Assembly (NCBI GenBank): GCA_050084515.1
Contig: CM114271.1
Coordinates: 35,650,001 to 35,714,000 of the forward strand
DNA from: Blasia pusilla
Lineage: Eukaryota
Length of the DNA: 64,000 nucleotides
Direction: 5' to 3'
Shown: one piece after another, positions 12,268-26,400 of the stretch
Layout: each line of letters starts with the position of its first letter
Position numbering within the stretch: the first letter of the stretch is position 1
Notes under the pieces: model-generated
What the model was told of the DNA's origin: nothing
Seen by the model: only the letters and a program-made list of their open reading frames with translations
The model's database searches: none
Position numbers and translations under genes: made by a program

Positions 12268-12882
12268 ATGAGTGATGAGTTTGCTAGACTACTTCTTGCT
12301 AATATACCACGAGAAGAAAATCCTATTCTAGTACTGGACACAAAGCCAACCAAAGCCCAAATGCAATATGCAGATAACTTGGGTGTACTCCCAAGTGCCT
12401 GGGAGAATGGTATAACAAAACAACGAATGTTCAAACTCATAGATGAAGCAAAATGATGGATTGAGGAATTCAAAGTTGTCCATAACGCACTACCAGCATC
12501 AGGTGATAAAATAGCCTTTTTCATTCATTTTACTATTGTTATCTTAGAAAAATCTGGTGCTAATTTTAGAGAATGTGTTCTTTGGTTGCAGGTGTGCAAA
12601 AAAGAAGCTCTGGTGTTCAAATCAATACAATTCGATCCTTCAAAGTTAACTAAGAGAGTTGCTACAACTAAGTTGATGGCTATTTCAGGAAAGATAAGAT
12701 TTCCCCAACTTACTAAATTGAGACATTTGCTTCTAGTTCCACTTGAGACAGTTATTGATTTAACATCCGCATATGCTACAATTCTCATTCAGAAGATGGA
12801 TGAAACACGTAGAGCTGGACTGCTACTTAATATGCAGCCTGATCCAACACCTCCAACAATCATTAACCTTGATGATTTATAG
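12268..12882 (+). pseudogene. Unassigned 205-codon frame broken by one TGA (probable decayed exon)
   Basis: ORFs 12268-12456 and 12586-12882 are in the same frame with only the stop at 12454-12456 between them. A T-rich tract plus TAG|G acceptor lies just upstream. No family recognised. Confidence 0.4.
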
Positions 12883-13621
12883 ATACTATCCACCTTTGTT
12901 ACTATATAGGTTACTTCCTTTTCTCCACACATTCAATTTCTTTCAATCCTTCTTAAAATGATTTAAAATCATAAGTTTACTTTTGTCCAACTAAAATTCT
13001 CTCCATCTAAATTTCTTCTTGGTGAGATCCATCATTTTCATTAGGGATCTTATAATTTTTATTTTATTTTTTTATTGTTGTTCAAATTTTCCCTCTTATC
13101 TTAAATGGTATCCTCTATCCTCACCTTATCCCCTTCTTTACTTTTCACAATAATCATAATCATAATCTATTATCATTAAATTTCACTTCTTTGTTATTAT
13201 CAAAGATCTCGTATGATCCTTTGCTTTGAGCTCCCATCTTTTCTACCCTTATCTCTCCTCCTCCTTCCTATTTCAACTAAAAAATCGATATAAATACCTC
13301 TATAATAGCCAAAAGGAAAACACTAGAAGAAGGCTTATCATGCAAATCCAAATTGGAAAAGAGGATATTTGAGCTTTCAATACTTACATCAGAGGTATTA
13401 TATCACTTGGTTAGTTTGGTGGTTGCAAGGTTTTCATGATGGATCATGAGAGATAAATGCCGGACTTGACATTCACCGTGATTTGGTGGCTATTCAAGTC
13501 GATGAGGCCAATGCAATTCAATTTCTTATATGCATTTTTTGAGAAGTTATACATGCAACTAAAAAATCAGCAAGTCTTCTTGGATTTTTTGGATCCTTCT
13601 ATGTATAAGAGACAACCATTA

Positions 13622-13870
13622 TCCATACTATTAACATAGGACGGGGTTAGAGATTCCCTCCTACTCATATCGACACTTGTCACATGGGGGATTTCTTGGT
13701 GGTGACACATGGCAACATATGAATTAAATATAATGAATGAATGAAAGGGGTGGAGACGTTAGATTGACCTTCTACGAGTCTCGAAGGATGGAGGTGCGTT
13801 TCGTTCCTCTGTACCCTATTTTTTTTCCCAAGTTTCATGTCATCCGTGCATAGCACGGGAAACGCTCTAG
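13622..13870 (+). mobile_element. Non-autonomous mini-Helitron (249 bp)
   Basis: A|TCCATACTATTAAC... 5' end; CCGTGC-ATA-GCACGG hairpin followed by CTAG|T. Confidence 0.8.
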
Positions 13871-15192
13871 TCTATTCTCATCATGCTACTTTTTTAGAAT
13901 AAAATATTCTTAAATCAACATCTAGCACACATCAAGATTAACCCATGGGTTGCCCACTTTTTACTATTGCATAAGATCATATGTCTCACTTTTAAGTTAG
14001 TTCTTGCTTATACCTATTTGTGAAGTGACTCTCTATCTTAAAAATCCAAGCCCAACCGAAGAAATATTAGGTGCAATCTTTAACTTGCAATTGCCTTACC
14101 TCAATATTCACCTTAACTTCCTAGATTGCATACAGACAAAGGTCATTTTTATAGACTTGATTTGGTTCATGGACTTAAGCCCACCTCATGGACCAACAAG
14201 TCAGTTAATAAAATCCATGGTAAGGATGAAAAAGTTTGTGGGGATAGAAAAGGAAAGTCCATAGTAATGTATGTTCATGTCCATGTCATTAAGGGACTTG
14301 TTTCTTTTTATGCAATCATAACAACTACTCTTGATTTTACTATCTGTATTGAAGGTATTCGGGTTCTTGATATCCCAATTGGATTCATAAGATATGTATA
14401 CATGCTCTTTGATGAGGCCTCACTATGTCATCTAAAGGATCCCTAAGTTGCTTATACAATTCTCTCCCAAGGTTTTCCTCAACATACTTCCTACTTTCCT
14501 TGCTCTTGTCCTCCCACCACATAATTCTTTCATCAATTGGCCTTTTTTGACACATCTTTCATTGCAAAACTTGGTCAACTTCTTCATCCAAATACTACTC
14601 TTCATGGAGATAACAGGGTTTGGATTTCAAAAAAAGCTACTCGGCCTATTGCCTTTTGGAGGCATAGGATTTCCCAGGGTTCCTCCCTACTCATACCTAC
14701 GCAAAAGCATAGACAAGTTTTTGGCAGCGTTAGGCTTTGGTTTCCCCTTTCATGACTTCAAGGTTTCTCCAAGGATATACACCTATCTTGATGGTGCATG
14801 TGGCCCATGTCTAGGAGGTAGATGTATCCTTCCACTAACAATTGAGATCTACTTGAGATCTTCTTCTACATCCTACACAAGTGATTCTACCTCCTTTTAT
14901 TCAATTGCTCACATTAAATCTTGATTAACTTTTGAGAATTTGCAAGAAATCCTATTTTCCAACATTCTCTCCAGAACAACCTTTGACACTTATTAAACAT
15001 GTATAAGAGCGCACATCGCATATTTGAATTTTTCTTATTCTTTCTTTTCATCTTTAATTTCACAAAGTCTTTTTTTCGCAATATCTCAGTTACGTTTTGG
15101 ACTTCCTTATCCTTCTCATCTAGATGTGCCTAATTTTGTATGTAGGGTGCTTATTGATTTGAAGGATATTCATCATATTCTTTGATGTGCAT

Positions 15193-16814
15193 TGTCGTGC
15201 ACATACACATCGCTACACAACATACATCGCTGTCACCGAACACACACAAACACGCATGATCCCATGCTAACTCATGGCATCCAAACAATGAGATAAGAAG
15301 TACCAAAATATCTCCAATCTACCCTTAACCCTAAAAACTCTGACGAGTGCAATCACGCTGACGTGAACTCCGAGATAGGTCGATTGTGGCACCACGAGCT
15401 CAAGGAGGATACCGAGAGGCCGTGCCACAGAGACCTGCGCCTTCATATGCGGCTCAGCAGCAGCCCCTTACGATTACTTGTTGGTCATGTGGTGGAGCCC
15501 ATCATCAGCGTGATTGCACTCGTCAGGGTCATGGACGTGTGCCTCAACATGGAGGAGGAGATGGTGCTGCACCAAGAGGTTATCAGTGTGACTATTGTTA
15601 GAGGTATGGTCATACACGCGCCACGTGTTTCAGTTTACACCTTGAGATACGTCTGGACCAAGGGCCAGAGAGGGCACCAGAGCAAGTAGCCGGTCCGGGT
15701 GGGCCTAGAGATCATGCTCCGGGCGGCTGGTTTAGGGTTTGAACAATTTAACCCTAAAAATTGCCTAGCAATGGCAGTTTTGCAAGATTGATCATAACTT
15801 TTTGCTCAAAACTCTAAATTGTGCACTGTTTGTTGCACAGCGTGCACAACTTCATGATCTACGACGACATTAAAAAATATTTTGAATCTAACATTGCAGT
15901 AAAAACTGACAGGGACTGTCGTAAAGCCCAATGTTTCTTTCTCCTACACAAAATTTGGCAGCGCTTCCTTGCTGATTTCTCCCAACGAAAATGTAAAACC
16001 TGTGAGAACACAAATCAGAAAGCTACATGGTGCTCCCGAGAGCACGGGCATGGAGCAATCCACCCCCATACTCAATTCCTATCGAAAATTCGGCAGTGCT
16101 TCAGTGTGCCACTCTCCCATACAAAAAATCAGCAAAGCAAAATAGCAAACTCGCACGGCTCTTGCTCCGGTGAGCACTCCCATGAGCCATGAAGCGGGGA
16201 ACACGGTCCCCCAACCTGCACCAAACATTGATCAACCAGCGAGCTCCCCCATAAAGCTCTCTCACTCACTCATTCTCTCTTTGTAAAATAAGATCCAATC
16301 TCTCTCAACACCATAGTTCTCACATGTGTGCACTCTCACATGTCTCTCTCAATGTCAAATCAAACCCACTCTCCTAATGAGAGGCTTGGGTTACACACAC
16401 AAGGCAAGCAAGACCATAGCTCCGCCGCCTCATGCCAAGAGGTTCAACAAAGAGAGAATGAGCTCTCAAGCTTTCTCTCCTTGAGGTATACCCCTCCCCT
16501 CTCCCAAGCTCTCTCCATGGTAACCTATGCTCCCAAGTCACCTCCTTGGCTCTTGACCTAATGTAGGAGGTCAAGGGCCACTTGCCAAAAATAGAGAGTT
16601 GATCATATACTCAAAATGGTACTTATCTAAAATAGGAAGTTCCTCAAAATGGCTCCAAATGAGCTGAAACGAAGGGGAGAGCAGGTTTCTCGGGGCCTGA
16701 GAGAGCAGGTTTCCCAGGGCCTGAGTAGGTCATCCTCGACCTACTGAGCCTGTCCACCACTACTCACGAAGGCGCTCTACTAGATCTCACCGATCTATCC
16801 TAAAAGACGTGACA
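15193..16814 (-). mobile_element. Ty3/gypsy-type LTR relic containing a gag fragment with two zinc knuckles
   Basis: TGTC...GACA termini flanked by a 4-bp direct repeat GCAT (15189-15192, 16815-16818). Plus-strand frame from 15386 gives CWSCGGAHHQRDC and CDYC*RYGHTRATC. Shares its terminus with 10895-11022. Confidence 0.7.
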
Positions 16815-16859
16815 GCATACAGAGGAGAATGAAAAAAACCCATGATACAATTTGAGAGG

Positions 16860-17280
16860 AAATGATATCAATGGCTCGTACTTTAGGATATACTTTAGGG
16901 CAAGAGAAACTACATGTTCTAACTTCAACAACACAAGGAACTTATCTAGTATAAGTTACATCTCAAGATGACTTTCATCTATTTAGTGATATGATGGTTG
17001 TTAATCCCATACGTTTCGACTTTCGTGTGTCGAGTTGTACATTCAAAAGATTCTATAGCTTATGTATGAATAATAATGAAGGAGTTAACTTAAGTAATTA
17101 GTATGCATGTGTGTTTTCATACTTTCCTCAAAACATATGCTCACCATCCCTCGGAGAATCATCAACTCATTCCTTCTTATGCGTTTTTCAACACTTTCAT
17201 AGTATAATCCAATGATTTTCTAGGCACCTTGTCGACAAAAAAAAGATATTTCAACTCAAAGATTGAGGCCGAAGCATTTA
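16860..17280 (+). mobile_element. Heavily decayed RLE-type non-LTR retrotransposon 3' fragment
   Basis: Nucleotide similarity by eye to 21150-21620 (GTACT.TAGG.TA.AC..T.GGG.AAGAG.A.CTACATGT; ATACTTTCCTCAAAACA). Confidence 0.45.
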
Positions 17281-20200
17281 ATTAGTTTTTGTTGGTATGT
17301 TAAAGCATAGCGCCTGTAAGAAATATATTTTAGTTTGAGACACATAATGGTAAGCTACTTTGAATCACCCCATCAAACAATTGTTGTTAACAATCAACAC
17401 ATTTATATTACGAATGCCCAAAAAGTTTAGAGTATTCAACATGACTAAAAAGAGGAAAATTCAAAGACAATAGAAACACTCATTACGTGAAAGCATAAAA
17501 GTGATGAAGATAGCCCACTAGGTCCAAAAAAGGAGGGAAATTAGGGCATGCAAATAACTCACCTTCACCTTCAAAATTTCTATTTTACTAAGAACATCTG
17601 GATTTTTAAATTTTCAAGAGCTTCAACACTCCAACACATGTCCCTCAAAAAATATTTATGCAGATAATGAATGAAAGAAAGAAATGATTAAACAAAAAAC
17701 TTATGTAAATAACAAAAAATGCAAATGCAAATGCAATTACAAACTATTTTTAAACTAAAAAATAAAATTAGCTGACAATTAAGACGAGTTGTCCAATACA
17801 CCAAAATTCAACTCGCAGTCGAAAAATTAATCTTAATTTCAGAAATTAACATGAAAGAATAACCGTTCTCCAAACGAAATGGGAAGAGAATGCGAGAAGT
17901 TAATTTATTCATAATTAATTATTAAATATTCCACCCCTCACTGCGCACGTTCTTGTATCCAGCGTTCAACTTCGGCTCAAGTGTAGGAACTAGGACCCGA
18001 AGGACGCACGCGCGTCCCTTCAATTTCCTCCCAGTCAGTTTAACGTACGGAGTCAAGGCTTGTGAGTGTCAGAGTGACTGACTCTTATGTCAGGGAATCT
18101 CCGACTCTCCGAGACGTCAAGGGAAGCAAAACAGTCATTCCTGCCATGTCAGCGAGTCCGCCTCTGGGAAGAACGGCTGACGTGGTCGTCGCTGGGGTTG
18201 CTGCCCGTTCCGTCATGTCGCCCACCGAACCGTAGCGCCGCTCCGCTAAATTTCGTCACAGCCAAACCGCCAACTTTAGAGCCATTTCGAAAACAATGAC
18301 ATGCACTATAATTCGATTCGAGGACAGTCTTCCATCGAGCGCTTGTTAGATCACATGCTCCAGACTAATACTTCAAAGGTGCCATCTGTCTACCGCTAAT
18401 CTTCTCTTCTCCTTATTTAGTTTAGTTAACCCATTAGAAATGGAGGTTCCTCTCTGGTTTTTATTTTGTTTTCCCACTTGTATTTCTCAAATAAAATGCA
18501 TATTTTAGGCGGATGTGGATTAAATGTATTGTGTAAAAATTGGTCGCAAAGCAAGCTTTTCAAGGGGATGAATATTTTTTAAAGCATTGTTTAGGACAAT
18601 TTCTTTTTCCGTTGTGAAGCACATGGTGCATCCTTCCACAAGAGTTTGAATTAAATGCCTTCAATTCCTACTAAGTGGCCAGACGTCTTTATAGCACCAA
18701 AGGTTTGTGCTTGTGAGGTGACAAAAATCAAGGTTCGAGAAGTTTTCGACTCGTTGATTATTCCTAGATATATAAAAACCGGGTGGTGTTTTTGAGGATT
18801 ATTACAAGTTTCTTGAAATTTTTACAAAATAAAAAAATTCCCTTTTAAATCTCTATATCTTAATTTGCAAATCCTCCCTACTTCCTCTTGAAAGAACCCC
18901 ATCTCCTCATACCCTACTAAGATTAAAAAAATAGCAATATCCTCATTCCATCTCGAAGCTCCAAAGGTGCCATGAATTTATATTCTTACGCCACTCCAAA
19001 GGTGCAATAAATCTACACTATTAATCGGCACCGTTTTGATTTTTCCAAGTAGAAAATAAAATCTCTGTCCAACGTGGACAAAATAACCCAAAAGAAATAA
19101 AGAAAAATTCAGAATTTGACGTGAACGAAATGCATGGATGGATCACAATATCCAATTATTATTTCCGATTACAATAAAAATGTATGTTCCCTACGAAACC
19201 CAATGCAATGGACGTCACGCAACGAAGGATTAATAAAAAAGAATATTCTACCTAAAGCCAAAATGCTATAGATATCGCTTGAGTATATGTGGCATAGGAA
19301 GGAGCGCACGATGAGCTTCATAGCTCCCCAGTACATGACGTGAGAGACAATAACATTAAAATAAAAATAGAATAAAAAATGGTAGCGCTCCATACAAGAG
19401 CACACCACACATGAGATACAAGAGAGACTAGTAAGACTGCCCACATCAATTCTAATCTCAATGTGACTTTTTTTAATTTTAACCTAGTATTTCAAAAATT
19501 TAATTTTTTAGTTTTAAATTGATTTGTTTGCTATTCTTTCTTTCTTTCTTTCTCTTATAGCGGAGAACAGTGGTTGGGTCTTCCTCTCCCTATTGACCGG
19601 CCCCGACAGATTAGAAGCTCTTGGGAGGTCACAAGACATGTGGGATAATGCTAGTGCATGGAGTGAAGGATTCGAAAGATAAAGGACATTGAATGGACGA
19701 GTTCGCATTATCTTGCAGCCCATTGGAATTTAGAGCATGGCCAAGAAGTTTAGTATGATATGTAGCCGACCTTTGTCTACAAACTTCCGAGCCTAATTGG
19801 TCAAGTATCCCAAGAATCTTTGACACTCGAGAACATCGATAAGTTGAGAGCGATAGAATCCAAGCCTAATTGATTAGGTGGGTCGATTCCTGGGCGAGCA
19901 AGTTCTCGATCGCTAAAGCTCCCACATCATGGATTTCTCTAGGTTAGACACAGCGAAGTTTGTGGGCGAGATAAAACACACTGTCGACCAAGATGATCAG
20001 ACATAGACCTCTGAATCGACAATCAAATAATCGATTCAACTGCAAAGCAAAGATTCTTGGGACACACATGCCTGCGAGGCGAACGAGGAGACTCCGATTC
20101 TTACTTGGAATTCATCTCCTCATATTTCGATTTAGTATGATGACAAGCAAGGTACTCAAATTCTGGGGCTCAGGATCAAATAGCCCAAAAACTCCAGAAA

Positions 20201-21052
20201 TTTCCTATGCAAATCGGTCGATTACCTTTGATTACAGTTTTCTAGCCACACCCTCCTCCGTGTGCAATTTCAGCGCTTCCACTCGCTCCACCACCGTTAC
20301 AGTAGTAGTTCTCCCGCCTCCATTCCCTTCTCCTATTGTAGAGTTGACAACTACATTTATTTGCTCTCCATGAGGTTTGAAAGCTAACAAGTGGCTGCCT
20401 CCAAGACGACCAAAATTTTCAGAAATAGACACCGACGAAAATTATCCCTCCTTCCAAGCAAAATAAAGTCAGAAAACCAAATCAAATAAGATCAACCAAT
20501 CACACCACGACACAAGTCAGGAAATAAAGAAGCGAACATAGGGTCCTTCTTGCCTATTCAACCCGTAACAGGTAAGTAAATATTTTTAGGGCCCCTTAAG
20601 GTGAAATACAAGGATTGTTTTAAATCTAGGCTTCACTTCTTATAGGTAGCAAGTCTTTTTCTTCTCCTTTTCTCGTTTCGTCGCATAGTAACCCCCCCCT
20701 CCTCCCTTGTCTCAGTAATAGTATAGATTATGCATTCGATAAGAGAGGAGACCACAAAAGATTTTGTGCGCTCAATACAAGAGGAGGCCACAATAGAGAG
20801 TGTGAAATTATGCATTAGAAACCGGGGGAGGCACTCCTCAAATAAGTTTTTTTCAATTGTAAAGGTGTTTCCATCACAAATTTTAAATGTTTATTAGTAG
20901 AAAATTGGGAAGTAAAAGAATTTGGGTCTAATGGTATTTTGAATGTCTGACTTATGAATTAATTTTTTTATTATCACATGATAGTCTTATTTTCCAAATG
21001 ATTGAAAAAATTAGTGTAAAATATGAACCTTTTCGAAAAATATTTGATGAAT

Positions 21053-21620
21053 TGTGTATGTGGGGAGTCTATTGATGCCAAGGATATTGATGTTTTTCGA
21101 TATGCACATGGTGGAAAACGGATGGTAACCCTGCCAAGATAAGTAAGAGCATTGGTGGTCTGTACTCTAGGGTACACCGTTGGGGAAGAGTATCTACATG
21201 TCATACCTTCTACTACATATGCAATATATCGTCAAAGAATTGATCTTATTATGTCTCGGGGTGGCTTTTGTCTATTGGATGATGTTGTGATTGTCGATCT
21301 CACACGCTCTCACTTGATGTGTTGGTGTGCACACACTAAGGGTTCGACGGCCGATGCAACAACAAGAATCGAGGAGTTAAAGTTATGTAGTGAGACATGT
21401 GGTCGATGGATTTATTCCTTTTATAGTGGAAGTTTTTGGGCACTTCCATGCATCTTTTGATACTTTCCTCAAAACAGGAGCTCACACATCTTCGAAAATC
21501 ATTAACTCGCCCCTTCTCATAGTACTTTCCCTTTTGTTGCTACTATTTATTTTCGAAAACGCATCTCCATATCATCACAAGTTGCACAAGCATTGGTGTT
21601 GATACGTCGAACTAAAGCGG
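21053..21620 (+). mobile_element. RLE-type (CRE-like) non-LTR retrotransposon 3' relic
   Basis: Decayed CCHC-like CVCGESID...RYAHGG, then RIDL...DVVIVD...EELK...FIPFIVEVFG, the layout of a restriction-like endonuclease domain. Frameshifted. Confidence 0.55.
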
Positions 21621-23460
21621 TTTAGGGTTTAGGCCCTAAACCTTAGGCACTCATCTCGATCTCCATTCATGGATAGCTAATCAATATTATTTATCTCAAA
21701 TTTTTATGAGTGATTAATCGAAAAGGAGTTGAATTAGTATTTCTAATGGCTTGTTGCAAGTTTATTTTTGCATTCTTCTATGTGTTCCCTTTATACTCCT
21801 TCCCTTCTAGAGATGATGTTGTCTTTTCTCTTTTTCTCTCTTTTTAAGTTTACTTTTATATTAAAATAAAATTGGTATTCTCAAAAAACACTAAAAATGA
21901 TTAAAGACATCTTCTACTAAACACAAACTATGGTATACAAAATAATTATACATTTTTAAAATTCTCATTTTTTTAAGAAAATGGAAAAGAAACCGGATAA
22001 GTAGGCTTGTTTCGTTGCTAAGGCGTCTTTGTAACGAGGGTACGGACTCCTGTAACTGTAACGAGGTGAGTTGGGACGCCCTGATAAAATGGCGTATTTG
22101 CTCGTATGTGGTACGGCGTGGCGAAGAAAGACGTGACAGGAATACCGATTTTGCTGCGATGGAAGGAAGCGCCATCGATCTGCCCTGCGATTTGGAGCTC
22201 GTGCTGCGCAGCGAAGAAAGATGCGACGGGAGTTTTTCTTTTGCTCCGATGGAAGCGAAATCGATGAGCTCAGCGTCAAATGGTGGCGTCCGAGTTTTGG
22301 GTCACTTTGAGCCGCGTGTTTTCTCGAGGAGGGAGGTGGAATTGCATCGAATGCGGGTGCGGGTGTTTGGATTGAGTAAGGGCCGCTGGCCGAGCGCAAT
22401 CCTCACGGATGCGCCATCGGTCTGCCGTCCGGGCGAGATCCGGATGAATTGGTGGCGGCCTCGGGTTGTGGACTACTCTTTGTGGAGGAGAGAATTGAGA
22501 TTGGTGCCAGTTGTTGCGATTGAGGAGCCATGGTTGGTTGGTCGGCGTTAAGAGGTAGTCCATGGCTTCGTGATTGTCTTGCTTCGCAGGTGCGACGCAT
22601 GAAGAACTGCCGGAGCCCCGGATAATCGTTTCGTCGCGCGTGATGAGAGAAAGAGGAGGGGAGAAGGCATCGCTGGTGCGCCTGTCCCTGTTTGTGTGCG
22701 AGTTCGCTACATGCCCAATCCTGTGAGAATTCACAGGGTGTGAAAGGGGAGGAGCTTGCCTGTGCGCGAGTTCGTGGGCATGTAGAATCCTGTGGGAAGT
22801 CGAAATCGTGGCCAATTCAGATGTTCCTCGCATGCCTGTCATGGATAGGATTGGACACCGACTTCAAATCGGAAAATGTGAGTCCCCTAGAGTTATGTAA
22901 TGGACTCCAATGGCCGGCGCATAACTCCAATGCTTAGACACATTTTCCAACGGTGAAAGGCGGGAAAGTTAGGACTACTCGAAGGGTCCTGTATGTCGAT
23001 CCAACAACCCCTACATGATGTACAAAGACTACTATAGGTGTCCATCAAGGTAATTTATCCGGATTACCAAAATGGGAATCCTATGAGCTGGGCATGCTGT
23101 TAGACTCATACATCCTGAGAGTCGCATTTGGTAGTCCCAGGCTTTCAAAAGCTGAAATCATGAAGCTGCATAAAATAAGAAGGTAACTATCAATCACTTC
23201 ATAACTGGGACCCTGTTTCTGTTTACTGGTTTGGAAGTCAGCTGGCTGAAGATGCTGCACATGGAGTGGCACTGCTGAGAAAGGCCATGCAATTGGGAAA
23301 CCATCCGATGAAATCTCATGGCAGTAAGCATTCTGGTCCTGTGATTCTCATACAGAAGTGCGAGGAAGGTGACCAATAGCAAAGTTATTGCTCGATTTAT
23401 AGAAGATGTGCAAAGATGGAAGCCATATCTATGGAGCATGTACAACAGGAGCAGAGTATA

Positions 23461-26400
23461 TCACTCCGCGCCCGTTTGCTTGCATAAACCTGTGCCCTCA
23501 TCACAGAAGCCGTTTCTGTCAAGCAGTTGCTCGGGTGGTGCACTCAGCAGTGGAGAAGATGGACTTCCATATGCATTTCTTCGGCTGTTGCCGCAACCAA
23601 GGCTTTTCCTTGTGTCCATACCTGTGGTTGGATTGGTTCCACTTGCATACTTGCACAAGGCCTGTAGCCAGGTCACAGGAACAAGAACAGCATCACACAA
23701 CTGGTCCCAGAACACCGACACTAACGTGACAAACCATCACCAGCAACTCTCCAACAAAGAGACTGTTGTTCAATACAAAGTGATCGGTAAGTTGTTCATG
23801 GTAGTTGCAAAATGGTGACGAAATTATGGATGAGATTGTAACTTCATCCACATTGGCAAGTATTGACGACACTGGTGGAATACATGCCTGCTTTTGTGCC
23901 AAGTCCAACACTGCATCACTGAAGTCGGCCCCTACTATCGTCGCCTTGCCAAGGTCACTGCGTGTTAGCACAGCTCTGACAAGAATTGCATCCGTAAAAT
24001 TTGCCTCATTCAAAACCTGCAACAGTCCATTACGATGTCATTTGCTGCCTACTATGAGAAAGTGCAGAGAACATCTTCTGAAAATTGGTAGCAAGGCATT
24101 GGTGGAATTTCTCTGAAGATCTATAACTGGCAGGCACAACAGTAGTGTGTCAGAGTTTTGACCTTATCATTAGTTCTTTGTTTTTTTGTAAAGACGGGCA
24201 GATTCTTTGAAGACCATTTAGCGTGCTCAATTTGCAGGGCAGAATCTGATGTACCCAAGTGAAGAAGATAAATGATTGGTACTAAGGTACCTCTATAGCA
24301 CCGTGAATAACCTAGATGAAGTCATCCCATAACTTGCATATAAATCAACAAGAGCTGGCAACCACATCCAATTCTCACCATGCGATCCATCAAAGTGTCA
24401 CTCAAGTCCGCTCCTGCAATTGTTTAAACACTACGTACATGAGATGCAGTCAAACTCAACCTTTCTAATCTTCAATTGTGTTGATACTCCCCTTGAATCT
24501 TATTCCCAGTTCACTTAAAAAAGGTAGCAGACACCAAGACCTCACAAAATTGAAGTTTTCGGAGACTGAAGTACAAGACTCAATACCAGACTTATCAAAT
24601 ATGAGCAGGAAAACTAATTCCAGGAATACTTGGTTTTCCATGAAGCTGGATTAAATATTTACCTGAGAAGTTTGTCTTGAATGCGACAGCCTTCTCGAGA
24701 TAAGCTCCATTGAAAGGGCAGTTACTGAAGTCTGCTTCCCTCATGTCTGCTGATGTGAAGTTCGCCCGACTGCATCAATCCCAACTCCCTTCGAATCAGT
24801 AATCTAACCAACTCTTTTGCTCGATTATCCCAAGCATCTATCCCTCACAAAAATCGAGTTGCAACTTTGGGACGAGGACAATTTTTTTCAGATCCTTAAG
24901 CAACAAATCAGGACTTATCAGATGTCAACTCAGCTCATAGACATCTATCCACTAAGACCTGAAGTGTACCACAATCCCTTCAGCCTTATCCCAGATATGG
25001 ATCACCAAACTCACACCCTTTCGGAATGTAGGTTAACTTCTCATTACCTGCTTACTTATATAAGGGAAGAGAACAAGCAGATCCCTATAAGATGAAACGA
25101 CCAAATCTCACCAGAAAGAGGGTAACCGGATACTTTGGCAGTCTGAGCACGGCAGGAATCAGCCAACAGCTGGGAAGAGAAAACAGCCATTCAGACTGGG
25201 TATGATAATCTTGCTTGCAGATCATATTGTTGCAGAGCTTTTTTCTTTTGATCAAGACAGTGGAGATCCCATAAAACCAAACCTTCGAATGTTAAGACAC
25301 AGAAGGTCTTTGGGCAGACTGAACACAGCACCATTACCAGTCATCTTCACAGCTGGGGAGAGAGTTGGAATTTGAGTTCTATTTTTTGGTCCACATGAAG
25401 AATATAGGCCTACGAGACCCATTCCATGTGCCTGTAGATTACATTGCTTCCGACAGGTACCCTTATGTTGAGGTTTTCAAGCACATTTGTTTGGGTTTCC
25501 CCTTAAAAGGGATTTCCTTTTTCAGCGAAGGTCTTGGAGAAAATCCAAGTTCTTAACCTGGTACCATCATCAAGTCACACGCACGTAATGCACGTAAATG
25601 TTCTCTCTTCCTCGCAAGGGTCATCCATGCCCTAGGAAGGGGATGCTACGCTCCTGGGGTTGAGACCACCACACTAGGCATTGAACGCGTGAGCTCCTCC
25701 ACGAGGATCTTCAACGAGTTCAGTTCCACTAGTTGGCGATGTACTGCCCGAGAGAGAACAGCTATTCTGACTCAGTATGGTTAACTTGCTTCCAACTTCT
25801 ATGGATCCAGAACTTTTTCCTCTTAATCAACAAGCAGACTAGCTTATTGCTGCCTCTACTACGGCATCAATGCGCGGGTTCTGTCGAGCAGGTGTGGTGA
25901 CATGAGCAATCATAAGAAGAGAAAGGTTGACGGATTCTGTAATTAGTGATGTATGAGGTGCATACCGGAAATTTTCTTTGGCATGTACTGTCTTCCTGTT
26001 CCACACACATGAGCTCCAGTTAGCAGATGGCATCCTCATTCCCATTTTCAAAGTGCTGGTGTGTACAGAATCCACATACGACTGAAATCGACAGAAAACG
26101 AAGCGTATGGATGAAGGTTAGGAGCTCTTCGATGCACATGCATTCCACAGTATGTCTTTCTTAAAAGTTGATCGAATTAGCATCTGGGAAGCCGAGTTAT
26201 CAACAAAATTGGAGTCCTCCACCGCAAGAGATAAAAGGTTTCGAATTGGCTCCGGGAGGAGTTCACCTGAGATCGGCAGACCCATACTGAGCGGCAGAAC
26301 CCACTCCAAATTCCCCCCGGATGTCAGCTTCCAACCTATTCAGCTCGGCACCAGCTTTCATCCCCGTGCCCATCACTACCGCAGCCAGCATTGCTGCCAT

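Noticed and set aside
21621-21647. Telomere-like TTTAGGG/CCCTAAA motifs
   Set aside because: Only 2-3 degenerate units; common in plant repeats.
21891-22937. Overlapping 144-188 aa ORFs in a GC-rich patch
   Set aside because: No recognisable domain and ORFs on both strands; more likely UTR or regulatory DNA downstream of the TL20.3-like gene.
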